This document shows, one piece after another, positions 18,036 through 28,588 of a DNA stretch of 64,000 bases. The notes under the pieces are model-generated. The model searched no databases, was not told where the DNA came from, and saw only the letters and a program-made list of their open reading frames with translations. Position numbers and translations under genes: made by a program. Numbering within the stretch: the stretch's first letter is position 1; each line of letters opens with the position of its first letter. The DNA lies in IMG/VR virus record IMGVR_UViG_3300025840_000011; one strand, 5' to 3'. The stretch comes from a virus.

Positions 18036-18736
18036 AAAAAATCCGACATTCCCCTTAACATCTGTTTGTTTTCTTCCCCACACTTATTACAGGTATATTC
18101 TGCATTGTGTCTCAGTGCGGGTAGACTCTCAAGGTAGTCTGCCAGTTTCTTAAACTGACCCTGCGTCATTGACTCAAGAAACTCATTGATCTCTGTCTTG
18201 GAAACTTCGTCCGCCTCGATCCTTTCGTCTCCTGTGATGACGGCCTGAATACACGCACCAACCATAGCGAATCCAATTTCAATTTCCTTTCCGGTGAAAT
18301 TGACTTTACTGACATGTTCGTACATTGGGTATCTCATTTCAACACTAACACCGTCACTCAGTTCAATAACATTTTCGGTATTGGGTGCTTCTACTTTAAC
18401 GGAGGAGATGTCTATCTCATACTCGTTCTGTGCATCACATGATTCACATCTCAACAAAATAGTAGATACCTCACCAACTGACTTTGACCTAATCTGAGTG
18501 AACAGATACTCAATGTCAAAGGTTGTCAACTTCTTTCCCTGAAAACCTTCACTCGTGATACACGCATCGATTGTATCTACAATCGCACGTAGTGCCTGTT
18601 TCTGGTCTTGAGTCTCCATTGCCATCATCAAGACCTTTTCTTCTTTAACCAAGTAAGGTCTGAATGAAACTTTTTTCCCCGTCGAGGGAATCGTACATTC
18701 ATACGATGGACTGGTGTTTAACTTTGGTAATGCCAT
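18029..18736 (-). CDS. gp26: Baseplate hub assembly protein gp26
   Basis: MALPKL, FRPYLVKEEK, IRSKSVGE, two CxxC. Confidence 0.85.
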   Translation of the reverse strand: MALPKLNTSPSYECTIPSTGKKVSFRPYLVKEEKVLMMAMETQDQKQALRAIVDTIDACITSEGFQGKKLTTFDIEYLFTQIRSKSVGEVSTILLRCESCDAQNEYEIDISSVKVEAPNTENVIELSDGVSVEMRYPMYEHVSKVNFTGKEIEIGFAMVGACIQAVITGDERIEADEVSKTEINEFLESMTQGQFKKLADYLESLPALRHNAEYTCNKCGEENKQMLRGMSDFLS

Positions 18737-18759
18737 TTCACGCTCCTAATTTAGCAATG

Positions 18760-19467
18760 TTAAAATACTCTATCAAGTATCCCTGATAGAATTGAACCAC
18801 CAAAACCGCTTGTTGGTCCGTCTGCTTCTTTTGACCGCCAGTCTCTATAAGACAACTGTACGGTAAACTCCGTAATCTGATCAGTCTGATCGCCCCCTAA
18901 CTGTATCGCATTGACAGTGACCGGAAACGCCTCAAGTAATTTTATGTGACGAATAACCGCAGCGTCTTTTCCAAAACCGAAGTCAATCTCACCCTGTTGG
19001 AAGTCTGGGTTACCGTCAAAAATCCTCGCACGGATCGATGAGGGTATACTATCTAGGAACCCTAATTGTTTCTTAAATAGACTAAACGCATACCCTTTCT
19101 GAAGTTGTTTGATGTCGATGTCCTGAACGTAATCTTTGTAATATTGTATTTGATTTGATTCCTGATCGTAACACGCCTTCATCCACTCATCGAAGTAGGA
19201 TGTAATTTTGTGATCGTTCATGACATAGAAGGTTAAGTTCAAATCTACGGTTGCGAACCCGTTGACAACTTTTCTAAGAACTGTACCTACCTGTTGATCC
19301 TGTGTCATCATCTGTCTGCCAGGCAGTTCTGTTGATTTACAGATGACGTTAATGTCTCTCGAACTCATACCAAACTTACTGGGTAGGACAATCTCGAACA
19401 TGTTCGACATTGCGAACCCTTCGCTCTTACTCGCGGCCGCCTTGAGTTCTTCTATACTAGTAGCCAT
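18760..19467 (-). CDS. gp54: Baseplate-tail tube initiator gp54-like
   Basis: ELPGR, LTFYV, EAFPVTV...FTVQLSYRDW tube-fold motifs. Confidence 0.7.
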   Translation of the reverse strand: MATSIEELKAAASKSEGFAMSNMFEIVLPSKFGMSSRDINVICKSTELPGRQMMTQDQQVGTVLRKVVNGFATVDLNLTFYVMNDHKITSYFDEWMKACYDQESNQIQYYKDYVQDIDIKQLQKGYAFSLFKKQLGFLDSIPSSIRARIFDGNPDFQQGEIDFGFGKDAAVIRHIKLLEAFPVTVNAIQLGGDQTDQITEFTVQLSYRDWRSKEADGPTSGFGGSILSGILDRVF

Positions 19468-20062
19468 TTATAATACGCCTTGAATCGTAGTAGACCTTCT
19501 GTCTATTCCTCTTTCTCCAGTCTGCGGTTGGTAGGAAAGTTGCGATCTCCCACTCCGGTGCCGGAACCTCTGCGAACTTACTCTGGACTTGACTGTTCAG
19601 GTAATGTTTCAGACAGGGTTTGTAATACTTCAGTTTCGATGCCTTGACCAATACCTCGTATGATAGATCCAGTTTGGTTCCGTCATCGATGTTCTTTCCC
19701 GCAATGTCCATAAGTGCATCCAGAAACTTTGCACGTAACAATGGGGGTAGGTAGTGGATGTTTAACCCCATGAACCCACCCTTGGCAGGACCAATGATGA
19801 ACACGAGAGGAAACGCATCGTAGTAGGGAAGAGTCTCTTTGTGTTTGGGGTCATAGAAGAACATGTACATTCTACCCACAACACTCGTACCCTTCCTCTT
19901 AATAGGATCCGATGACATCAATCCTTCACGGTTAATACTGCGTAGGTTAGACGCCTTCTTTAGAAACCATGCGCGACTTTCCTTTGTACGGGGTGTGATC
20001 CCTGCACGGAACGCCTGTTGTTCCAATCTGTTAATTACATTTGATTTCGCTGTAGTTGCCAC
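19457..20062 (-). CDS. gp2: DNA end protector protein gp2
   Basis: MFFYDPKHKETLPYYDAFPL, GLNIHYL. Confidence 0.9.
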   Translation of the reverse strand: MATTAKSNVINRLEQQAFRAGITPRTKESRAWFLKKASNLRSINREGLMSSDPIKRKGTSVVGRMYMFFYDPKHKETLPYYDAFPLVFIIGPAKGGFMGLNIHYLPPLLRAKFLDALMDIAGKNIDDGTKLDLSYEVLVKASKLKYYKPCLKHYLNSQVQSKFAEVPAPEWEIATFLPTADWRKRNRQKVYYDSRRIINGY

Positions 20063-20086
20063 ACCGGACCCTCTTAGTTACTTCTT

Positions 20087-20094
20087 TATTTATA
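20087..20094 (-). promoter_or_regulatory. T4-type late promoter for the gp2-gp54-gp26 operon
   Basis: tatttata on + strand, 25 nt upstream of the gp2 start. Confidence 0.7.
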
Positions 20095-20110
20095 CGATTT
20101 ACAATGGCAT

Positions 20111-20587
20111 TTATCTTTTCTTTTTGGGAAATGGTTTGAGTGGTTTGAATGCCTTGGGTAGAATTCCCATTGCAGATAATCTCTTCTCTGTCCAGATTTC
20201 AAACTTCCAACCCCGTTCCTTTGCGTACTTCTCTGCCGCCTTCCATTTGTTCTGGTTCTTGACATAGGTCAACGATTGTTCTACCAGTAACTTGGTTTTA
20301 CGTTTTCCGGTAGGTGGGCGTGTCTCTTTGTCTGGTTTGATCTCCACGAGGACTATGTTACCGTCCTTATATTCGATCACCAGATCCATAAAGTATCTGT
20401 GATATCTCTTGTCAACCTCATATAGATATGGTATAATAACCTCTTCACTACCCCAACGTTTGACATTGGAGTTGTTGTCACACCACTTAAATGCGTGTTT
20501 CTCCCAAAGAGATCGATACACCACACCATTGGGGTCTCCAAGATACTTAGATTTATTTTTAACGGGATATCTACCTGAGTACGCCAT
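20111..20587 (-). CDS. gp4: Head completion nuclease gp4
   Basis: MAYSGRY...KYLGDP..VVYRSLWE, HRYFMD, EIKP, NKWKAA. Confidence 0.9.
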   Translation of the reverse strand: MAYSGRYPVKNKSKYLGDPNGVVYRSLWEKHAFKWCDNNSNVKRWGSEEVIIPYLYEVDKRYHRYFMDLVIEYKDGNIVLVEIKPDKETRPPTGKRKTKLLVEQSLTYVKNQNKWKAAEKYAKERGWKFEIWTEKRLSAMGILPKAFKPLKPFPKKKR

Positions 20588-20596
20588 ACAAAACCA

Positions 20597-20604
20597 TATA
20601 AATA
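20597..20604 (+). promoter_or_regulatory. T4-type late promoter
   Basis: TATAAATA upstream of gp48. Confidence 0.7.
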
Positions 20605-20643
20605 AACGTGTAAAACTACACAACTTATTTAGTAGGTTAAGAG

Positions 20644-21768
20644 ATGCGCTATCCATTAGAATACTCAGACGAATATGCGGGAACAGTTACTTTTGCCATC
20701 CAAAAGTCCGCTAGTTCTGGCGGTGCGGTGGGAGAAGGAAATACAGATATGGAATCTGATCCCTCTGGAGCAGCTGCGACTCAGGCGGAGGAAGAAGCAA
20801 CAAATCCCCCCGAATCGCCTGATAATGATAATACTGACACCAGAACAGAGGATGCGGAGACGAATACTGATCCCACCCAAGAAGAACATACATCGTTTGA
20901 TGGACAGAATGAAGAACAACAATCTATTTCGAACGATGAAGTTCAGGTGGATGGTGACGCAACAGAGGGAAACGAAGGTGAAGAAGCACCTGAAGAAAAT
21001 GACGAAGAGGGTGGTTCAGAAAATCCACCCGCCCAATCGAAAGCGGAGACGAATACTGGAGGAGGTGTAACTCTATATCTCCCGCCTGGCTTACAGTACA
21101 GAGACAATGTTGTATATGATGCAATGGATCTTGGATTTCTGGGTGGTATAACCGCAGACAAGATTAGGGGGGCGAGTAATGCAACCGTTGGACAAATTGC
21201 CCGTGGTGCGGGTGGTTCTGTCGTAGATAGTATCCAAAATTTGATTACTCAAATTAGAACCGCTGCCACTGAGGGTGGCAAGACCGATCAGGCGAGACTT
21301 GGTATGACTCAACTCGCAACCCTCATTCCGGATCAAGGAGTTCGAGGTGCGATTAAAAACGAATTGGGTGTAACCGCAAACCCCAACACTCGTGTACTAT
21401 TCAATAAAGTAAACCTTCGAGAATTTCAATTTGCGTTCAAAATGATTGCAAGAAGTCAAAAAGAGGCAAAGGCGATCCAAGCGATTATCCAGTTTTTTAG
21501 AGAATCATTATATCCAGAAACTTTTGACGTTGCTGGGGTCAGTGGTTTGGGTTATAAGTTCCCCGACAAGTTTGATATCACTATCGATTATGGTGGCGAA
21601 TGGAAAGCGCCCAAAATAAAAGAATCATATCTCAGGGATGTCAGTACTACATTCAACGCTTCAACGATGGCGATTCTGCCAGGCGGTGAACCTTTAGAAG
21701 TTGACCTAACGTTGTCGTTTATTGAAGCCGCTGCACTAGAGAAGAAAGATATAAAGTCGGGGTACTAA
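20644..21768 (+). CDS. gp48: Baseplate tail-tube cap gp48
   Basis: LRYP-like start, LYLP, NPNTRVLF..VNLREFQFAFKM..RSQKEA, LTLSFIE. Confidence 0.8.
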   Translation: MRYPLEYSDEYAGTVTFAIQKSASSGGAVGEGNTDMESDPSGAAATQAEEEATNPPESPDNDNTDTRTEDAETNTDPTQEEHTSFDGQNEEQQSISNDEVQVDGDATEGNEGEEAPEENDEEGGSENPPAQSKAETNTGGGVTLYLPPGLQYRDNVVYDAMDLGFLGGITADKIRGASNATVGQIARGAGGSVVDSIQNLITQIRTAATEGGKTDQARLGMTQLATLIPDQGVRGAIKNELGVTANPNTRVLFNKVNLREFQFAFKMIARSQKEAKAIQAIIQFFRESLYPETFDVAGVSGLGYKFPDKFDITIDYGGEWKAPKIKESYLRDVSTTFNASTMAILPGGEPLEVDLTLSFIEAAALEKKDIKSGY

Positions 21769-21769
21769 G

Positions 21770-22909
21770 ATGTCATCAAAATATTTCTCCAACACAAAAC
21801 GACTCAGGTATAAATTCGGTGATGGTGAAGCGCCGGTACTCTACCAGAATCTATCGACTTATGTTGATCTACTGGATCAGGTTAAAACGGAGTCTTCCTT
21901 TTATCAGGACTATGTGATCAAGTCCGGAGAACGTCCGGATAGTCTTTCGTTGAGATTGTACGGAGACGATCAGTACTACTGGACGTTCTATATGATGAAC
22001 GACAAATTGAGAGAGTGTGGTTGGCCTGTTGCAAATGAACTGATACTGGATACGGTAAAAGAGAAGTATCCCCACAGAACTATCACAACCAAAGAGGACT
22101 TCACAACCGACAACGCGCTCGAACCAGCGTTCAAGGTTGGACAGATAGTCTATGGATCTGAGTCTGGTACTATTGGTACTATCTTGAGAAGGGATCCGAC
22201 TTTGGGTCAACTTATTATCGATACAACAAATACGGTGATACCGTTGACAAGATCGATTACCTTTGAACCCAACGTTAACGGGTATGCAACTTATGAGTTG
22301 ACACTAGAGAATGAAAAGTTCCATAGTCCTTCACAGTGGAGAGTCTTTCAGGACGATATCGAAATATCTAGTGATGTGGAAATCACACTACCCAAAGGTA
22401 AAAACAACCGTATATTCGAAATAAACAACGTGAACTATAAAGAGGGTTCTTCGTATTACGTATCGGCAGAAATCTTTATTTCCAACCCACTAGACAATAA
22501 CTTTGGTGAGGGTGAGTCTTTGTACTTCGTCAACCCTAGAACTGGATTGAACGTGGTTGCGGTTATCTGGAAAGAGTCGGAACAGTACAACGCTGTGCAT
22601 CATTACGAGAGAAGAACGTACACTGCGTTTGACCTTGACACAAACACAAATATTTTAGTCTCGTATGAAAAACAAGAGGCAGTAAATGCAGTCGAAAACT
22701 TTGACAATGCAGAGGTAAGAATATCAAGTGAATGGGTGCACATAGATCCGTACACTGGAATACTTCCTGCGGGTGCGTATCCGGTTACTGTACGAGAACG
22801 ATTTGAAGAATTCAATGACGATCTCAAGAAGATCAAGATTCTTAAAAAAAGTGTTATTGAAAGAGTCGCAAAAGAATTCTATAACAAACAAGCGGGTCGT
22901 ACCCCATAA
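21770..22909 (+). CDS. gp53: Baseplate wedge gp53
   Basis: YF start, GERPDSLSLRLYGDDQYYW (LysM-like), HHYE. Confidence 0.8.
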   Translation: MSSKYFSNTKRLRYKFGDGEAPVLYQNLSTYVDLLDQVKTESSFYQDYVIKSGERPDSLSLRLYGDDQYYWTFYMMNDKLRECGWPVANELILDTVKEKYPHRTITTKEDFTTDNALEPAFKVGQIVYGSESGTIGTILRRDPTLGQLIIDTTNTVIPLTRSITFEPNVNGYATYELTLENEKFHSPSQWRVFQDDIEISSDVEITLPKGKNNRIFEINNVNYKEGSSYYVSAEIFISNPLDNNFGEGESLYFVNPRTGLNVVAVIWKESEQYNAVHHYERRTYTAFDLDTNTNILVSYEKQEAVNAVENFDNAEVRISSEWVHIDPYTGILPAGAYPVTVRERFEEFNDDLKKIKILKKSVIERVAKEFYNKQAGRTP

Positions 22910-24279
22910 TGTTTAATACTAAGAGTACTCAACAGTGGCGTCTCGAATACGCCGTAATCACAGCGGATCGTGGTGTAAAAAAAGAAGTAACCGATTTCGT
23001 TGCAGAGATCGTGTTGTATGAAAACATCTACGTACCTTATGTTACTGGTCGAATCGCATTCGCTGACAACACGGGTATCTTTACTAAAATGAAACCTATG
23101 GGTAGTGAGAGACTTGATCTTGTCATCAAGGCAGAAACCCCTGGCGTGGACCACCCTGTTAGTGGAGGACTTGAAGGTAAAACATTTGTTATGAAAAGAT
23201 TAGAAGATAGTGTAAAGGCGAACGCAGAAGGAACATCGTCTTTGGTCATATTTGAAATAATCGAAGAACACGCTGTTGCAAGTAATCTAAAAAAATTATC
23301 CAGAACAATCAAAGATAATTTCGTTCTTGAGATACTTAAGTGTGGCGCTGACATGGGCGCGGCTGTGAACATTGATCGTGCCAGACCTTCTAAACAAACG
23401 AAATGGAAAGGTTACATTCCTTATCTTAGTCCTTTAGATGCGATAAGGTGGATGATGAACAGAGCGACAAACCATAAAGAGATGCCATACTTTTTATATT
23501 CCAACATACACGAGAGTAATATTCGACTGGCCTCTCTAGACATCCTAATGGAACAGACTCCTTTTAATGCGGCAAATCCTTATGTTTTTAGTAGTGCAAC
23601 TGTTCAAAGTCAAGAATATGAAACTGGTGGTCCTACTCTAGAGTCACTAGAGAAAAAACACTGGCACATAAATTCAATACGTGCAAAGAACATGGGAGAT
23701 CAGATGGCTCAGGTTCAGAAGGGTGCGAGTACTGGATCTAGATTGTCGGTCACCAACATCAATGGTGACAATCCGATTATCGCCAGTAGACACAACTCAA
23801 TGATGGAGAGTGTTGGTAAGATGGGACCGTTGTTTAGAGGTAATCCACAGAACATATATGATCCTGCATTTAATGTTAGGGGCGCGGGACCAATGCATGT
23901 CAATGACGCTGCTCAGTATCATACGATTGTTTCGGAGAATATTTACACACAAGAATTTAAGAGTTTCCACTATGAAGAATCTATCGATGAATATATGCCT
24001 GTTTTGACTGCAAACGCAGTGAGGGCGGCTATGCAAAAAAATACATACGAGGTTTCTATCAACGGTGCAAAGTTTCTCCAAAACAAAAAGGGTGTGGGTG
24101 ATCTGGTTGAACTCAGAGTGTATGCGGATAATACTGACTTAGAAAACGCACCTGAACAAATAGATAAGATGAAGAGTGGTACGTTCTTGGTTACTGGAAT
24201 TGCACATACATTTTCAATTCCAACCCATACCATTACTATGGAAGTGACCAAGTTTTCGTATGACCCAAGTTTAGGATAA
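22909..24279 (+). CDS. Baseplate hub protein (gp27-like)
   Basis: LYENIYVPYVTG, SGTFLVTGIAHTF; synteny between gp53 and gp5. Confidence 0.6.
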   Translation: MFNTKSTQQWRLEYAVITADRGVKKEVTDFVAEIVLYENIYVPYVTGRIAFADNTGIFTKMKPMGSERLDLVIKAETPGVDHPVSGGLEGKTFVMKRLEDSVKANAEGTSSLVIFEIIEEHAVASNLKKLSRTIKDNFVLEILKCGADMGAAVNIDRARPSKQTKWKGYIPYLSPLDAIRWMMNRATNHKEMPYFLYSNIHESNIRLASLDILMEQTPFNAANPYVFSSATVQSQEYETGGPTLESLEKKHWHINSIRAKNMGDQMAQVQKGASTGSRLSVTNINGDNPIIASRHNSMMESVGKMGPLFRGNPQNIYDPAFNVRGAGPMHVNDAAQYHTIVSENIYTQEFKSFHYEESIDEYMPVLTANAVRAAMQKNTYEVSINGAKFLQNKKGVGDLVELRVYADNTDLENAPEQIDKMKSGTFLVTGIAHTFSIPTHTITMEVTKFSYDPSLG

Positions 24280-24282
24280 CAG

Positions 24283-25134
24283 ATGAAAGAGTTACCTGTA
24301 CAGTTCTACGGAGACAATGTACGTTGGTTTATAGCCACCGTTGTTGACGCACGTCCCCCTAAAGGAGAGAAACTAGAGGGACGTGTGTGTATCAGAATTC
24401 ACGGTACAATGTCTCCATCGACTGCGGACATACCACAAGGTGATTTACCTTGGGCGCAAGTATTGATCCCCACTACTGAAGGTGGTACTTCTGGACTTGG
24501 TGCAACACCAAGACTAGAGGCGGGAACCAACGTCTTCGGATTCTTCATGGACGGTAAGGCGTCACAAACACCTATAGTTCTGGGATCACTACCTCAGTAC
24601 GAGTTCGCCTCTCCAGTACAGGTCGGAAATGATCCGGGCTTCATAGAACAGGCTTTGGAGGCGGTAATAAGTTTTATTAACAAAGATTTGGTGGAAGACG
24701 ATAATACTGGTGCAATCACTCAAGAAACCAGACTCGCCAGACAATCCGAAACTATACGGTACTTAATGGATCAGGGGTACACCAGAGACCAAGCGATAGG
24801 TATGGCGGCGGCTTTGGACATAAGTTCTGGTATGGTTACTGGATATAGTGAAGACGAAACGCGATATGGAATTGGTGGTTGGAGTGCAACTGACCAAGAA
24901 AGACTTCGAAACTCTACAGAGCTCTGGGATACCTTTTCAGGTCAAATGGAATATATTGTTGAGAAGGCGAAAGAGTCGAATCTGAATAGGGCGACAACAA
25001 TTAGTAAAAATACTCAGAACAATAGTAACACAGTATTTGCAAGTTTGGAAGCTTTAAACCAGTTCCAAGAAACTAATAGAGATCTTGCACTTGACGCAGC
25101 GAATAGAATCAATGATGATATGGGTGGTGGATAA
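24283..25134 (+). CDS. gp5: gp5 N-terminal OB-fold part plus phage-tail-lysozyme-like remnant
   Basis: WFIATVVD, GRVCIRIHG, LPWA, VFGFFMDG..SQTPIVLGS. Confidence 0.75.
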   Translation: MKELPVQFYGDNVRWFIATVVDARPPKGEKLEGRVCIRIHGTMSPSTADIPQGDLPWAQVLIPTTEGGTSGLGATPRLEAGTNVFGFFMDGKASQTPIVLGSLPQYEFASPVQVGNDPGFIEQALEAVISFINKDLVEDDNTGAITQETRLARQSETIRYLMDQGYTRDQAIGMAAALDISSGMVTGYSEDETRYGIGGWSATDQERLRNSTELWDTFSGQMEYIVEKAKESNLNRATTISKNTQNNSNTVFASLEALNQFQETNRDLALDAANRINDDMGGG

Positions 25135-27059
25135 TGTCACTAACTAAACAACAAGTCAACCAAACTCTAAATCTACAGAACCAGAGTAGTAAACGTACAC
25201 ATTCAAGTAATTTGAATAAGGCGGTATCTCTGGTTCGGGACAACCAGATTACGAACAACGTAAACAAGGCCGTTGAACATGGTCCTGTGGGTACTAGTGG
25301 TATCATCTCTCTGAACTCCACGGACAATGCGGCGCAGAAGGGGAACGGTACTAACCTTGTTCAAGCGGATGATTTTGCACTTAAGTCTGGTGCAAAGACC
25401 GCAACACAATTGCAGAATGAAACCGTGGTTCAAATGGGTGGCCACGGTGATAGTGATGGTAAAACAACCATCAGCGAAGACAACTGGAATGTACTGTCGG
25501 TAGAATTCTGGACAGACTCTTCTGACTTGTCTGCGTTGAGTGCAGAGATTAATAGTATTGGTGGTGGTATAGGTGACACTATTGCGGGACTCATGAGATT
25601 GATTACCGCACTGGGTGCACTTGCAGACCTTGCATCAAATCTGAATGTGGGTGCGGCGACTGGTTCTGCGGCAGAAAAAGCCGGTACTATAATGAAAGAC
25701 AAAGCGACTCAGTTAGGTAACGACTTGCAAGGTGGACTGAATGGTATCGGAGATGCATTCCAAGGATTTGGAGATATCTCAAATATCCAAGAACTGGGTA
25801 ATCAATTCGATACATTGGGTAATGCGATCAACAACTTTACTGGACCACTTCTGACTGCAACGGATATCATCACAAATCCTGCGGACGTATTCCTCGACAC
25901 TCTTACTGAAGAGACGGGAATTGGAAATGCGTTTAAAGAAGTTGAGGCTGGTTTCAATGATATAACAACGGGTATCAACGACACCTTAAATTCTATTGGT
26001 GATACGATAGATGCAGCGGTGGCTATTGCAGATCCTATTATGGAAACAATCGCAAAGGCGGAAAGGTTAGGTGCGACTATCAGTGCAAACGCTGGTATCC
26101 TTCAAAACCTGAACGAAATCTACAGTGCGAACTTGGGTAAGGACATTACTAAAATCACTGGTGGTGCATCTCTAAGTAGGTCAGAGACAGGTAAGATCAT
26201 GGATCAGATCAACTCTGGAAAGGAAAAGGATATTGCAAATGCAGTCAAGACGATTGTAGGAAAGAACACTAACTTGCATCCCGATATGATACCGATTGTT
26301 AACGCAACCGTTTCTTTCAATAACACGTCTCAACTACAGGATAACATCGTTGATCGCGCAAAGTTGGCGGGTGTTGATCCTGCGATAATTGCAGACTTTG
26401 AAGAAATCTTTGTCAACATCGAAGACAACGTTTCAATCTTTGACACCACAATGCAAGGAAACTTGTTTGTGTCTCAGAACGATTTCTTTTCTAAGAACAA
26501 GAATCTCAAAGACTATGGTTCACAGTATGAATCAGATGTCAATGTAGATGGAACGCCTAAATTTCTTACGTGTGATTCCTATGAGGAACTCGCACAAGAG
26601 GTTATGGTTACAGACCGTGATATAACCAAAATTGTTATCCACGGTAGTAACACTTACCTCAACCAGTACCTAACTTCTAGAGACATTCATCAAAGGATGA
26701 TAGACAGAGGGTATGATGGTATGCAATACCACTATGTGATCAGGAGAGACGGTACTCTGGAAAGAGGTATACCCTCTAACAAAGTGACTGCGGTCACTGA
26801 TCCAACCATTGCGAATAATTCCATCGATATCATTATGGTTGGTGGTATTAATGCGGCAACCGGAACTGAGAATCCGGACAGATATAAAGGTATCGGATCT
26901 TACACTAGACAACAGTTTAACACCCTAGAGTCTTTGTTGGTAAACTGGTATAGAAGGTATCCAGGCGTAGAGGTAGTAGGTCATCAAGACATTGACACTG
27001 CCTCTTCTGATCCTGCGTTCGATGTTAAAGGATATGTAAAAGATAGGTTTGATGTATAA
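25134..27059 (+). CDS. Baseplate protein with C-terminal N-acetylmuramoyl-L-alanine amidase (Amidase_2-like) domain
   Basis: IVIHGS, YHYVIRRDGTLERG, SIDIIMVGG, VVGHQD. Confidence 0.7.
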   Translation: MSLTKQQVNQTLNLQNQSSKRTHSSNLNKAVSLVRDNQITNNVNKAVEHGPVGTSGIISLNSTDNAAQKGNGTNLVQADDFALKSGAKTATQLQNETVVQMGGHGDSDGKTTISEDNWNVLSVEFWTDSSDLSALSAEINSIGGGIGDTIAGLMRLITALGALADLASNLNVGAATGSAAEKAGTIMKDKATQLGNDLQGGLNGIGDAFQGFGDISNIQELGNQFDTLGNAINNFTGPLLTATDIITNPADVFLDTLTEETGIGNAFKEVEAGFNDITTGINDTLNSIGDTIDAAVAIADPIMETIAKAERLGATISANAGILQNLNEIYSANLGKDITKITGGASLSRSETGKIMDQINSGKEKDIANAVKTIVGKNTNLHPDMIPIVNATVSFNNTSQLQDNIVDRAKLAGVDPAIIADFEEIFVNIEDNVSIFDTTMQGNLFVSQNDFFSKNKNLKDYGSQYESDVNVDGTPKFLTCDSYEELAQEVMVTDRDITKIVIHGSNTYLNQYLTSRDIHQRMIDRGYDGMQYHYVIRRDGTLERGIPSNKVTAVTDPTIANNSIDIIMVGGINAATGTENPDRYKGIGSYTRQQFNTLESLLVNWYRRYPGVEVVGHQDIDTASSDPAFDVKGYVKDRFDV

Positions 27060-28588
27060 TGGCAGATGATAATATTACAATAGAGACAGCGGCAGAAGAA
27101 GCGACTCAACAGGTTCCCCTTTATGGGTTCCAAGATCCTTCCGGTGAGTTTCCCCGTAAACAATACTGGGGAGAAAGTTCTATCAACAAGGCGGCGAGAG
27201 GTGATTTTATCAATGACCTCATGGTCACGGGTTCCTTTCCACAAGTTGATCTCGAACTAAAACCAACCAGACCCTCAGAGTATCCCTACAATCAGGTTAA
27301 GGAAACTTACTCTGGTCACGTCATCGAATATGATGACACGGCGGGGGGTGAGAGAATCTTGATTAAACACCGCACGGGTGCGGGTATAGAGATTCGTCCG
27401 GACGGGACAATCTACATTTCTTCTGTAAACAAGAAATTGGAAACCGTTGGTGGTGACATGCGTATCATCGTAGAAGGTGATACGAAGATGGCGTACAAGG
27501 GTAATGTCGATATGTACGTCGAAGGTAACTACAATGTTGACATTGGTGGTAACTACAATATCCGAACCAAGGGTCACAAGAACGAGAAGGTGTTCAAGAA
27601 CTATCGTGACCAGACTTCCGGTAACCGTGAGTCTACGACTAAAAAATTCCAGACTAACTTGACCGTTGGTGGAAGAATCGATACCACACTTGGTGCACAC
27701 CAGATCAATGCAAAACAAGGATTTAGTGCCGCAACAGAAGGGACAATGCAATTGACTTCTGATGGTACTATTATGTTATCTGGTAAGAAAGAAGTCGCTG
27801 CATCATCTAGGGTTGTTAACATGACGGGTATGCACTGTTCGGTGATTGGTGTAACTGGTTCGTTTGGTGGTACACTAGTTGACTTCGTAGGAAAAACCTA
27901 TATGGGTCCAGCGGGTCCGGTCCCCTATGCATCTGGTGCCGCATTCTATGGTGGTTTCTTGGGTTGTTCGTTGAGTGCGGTTGCGTCGAAGACTTCTATC
28001 ACTTCTGGGACTGCAATCTCTGCGTCCTCACTTGGTGGTTCTGCTCCTACTATTCCAGATTTCACTGCTCCGCCTTTACCGACACCCCCATCTATTCCAA
28101 CTATTCCTAGTGCATTGGTTGCGACTAGTTTGTTGGGTGGACCTTATGGTATCAAGACAGTATCTATTGATGCGGGTGATGATCTCAAAAATAAGATCCT
28201 CAAAAATGATGGATACGGTGGTGTCTTTCATGGTGGTGAAGAAGAAGCCTCCACACAGAATTTAAGATCCGCAATGCGAGATGTCAATAATAGAGACGCA
28301 CTACAGTTACAGGCAATGGCGGATGGACTGATCAATGAAGAATCTGTCTTCTCCATTCCCGAAGCGATTGGTCGTTCTACAGGCGCGGATCCCACATCCA
28401 TCATGGGTATGATACCTTTGGGTAATACAGAAGAACATTTGGGACAACAGGTTACTCTTGGTCTTGATCCACAAACAAGAGAGGACATCCGTAACGCAGA
28501 GGCGCAAAGACTTGCATTCCTCGACAGAGAAGGTATTGAAGATCCTCTCAGGGCATCCACGTTACCCACCACGGAGGATTCTGCATGA
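27059..28588 (+). CDS. gp5: gp5 C-terminal beta-helix spike part
   Basis: YPYNQVKETYSGHVIEYDDTAGGERI, VxGN/D beta-helix repeats. Confidence 0.8.
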   Translation: MADDNITIETAAEEATQQVPLYGFQDPSGEFPRKQYWGESSINKAARGDFINDLMVTGSFPQVDLELKPTRPSEYPYNQVKETYSGHVIEYDDTAGGERILIKHRTGAGIEIRPDGTIYISSVNKKLETVGGDMRIIVEGDTKMAYKGNVDMYVEGNYNVDIGGNYNIRTKGHKNEKVFKNYRDQTSGNRESTTKKFQTNLTVGGRIDTTLGAHQINAKQGFSAATEGTMQLTSDGTIMLSGKKEVAASSRVVNMTGMHCSVIGVTGSFGGTLVDFVGKTYMGPAGPVPYASGAAFYGGFLGCSLSAVASKTSITSGTAISASSLGGSAPTIPDFTAPPLPTPPSIPTIPSALVATSLLGGPYGIKTVSIDAGDDLKNKILKNDGYGGVFHGGEEEASTQNLRSAMRDVNNRDALQLQAMADGLINEESVFSIPEAIGRSTGADPTSIMGMIPLGNTEEHLGQQVTLGLDPQTREDIRNAEAQRLAFLDREGIEDPLRASTLPTTEDSA

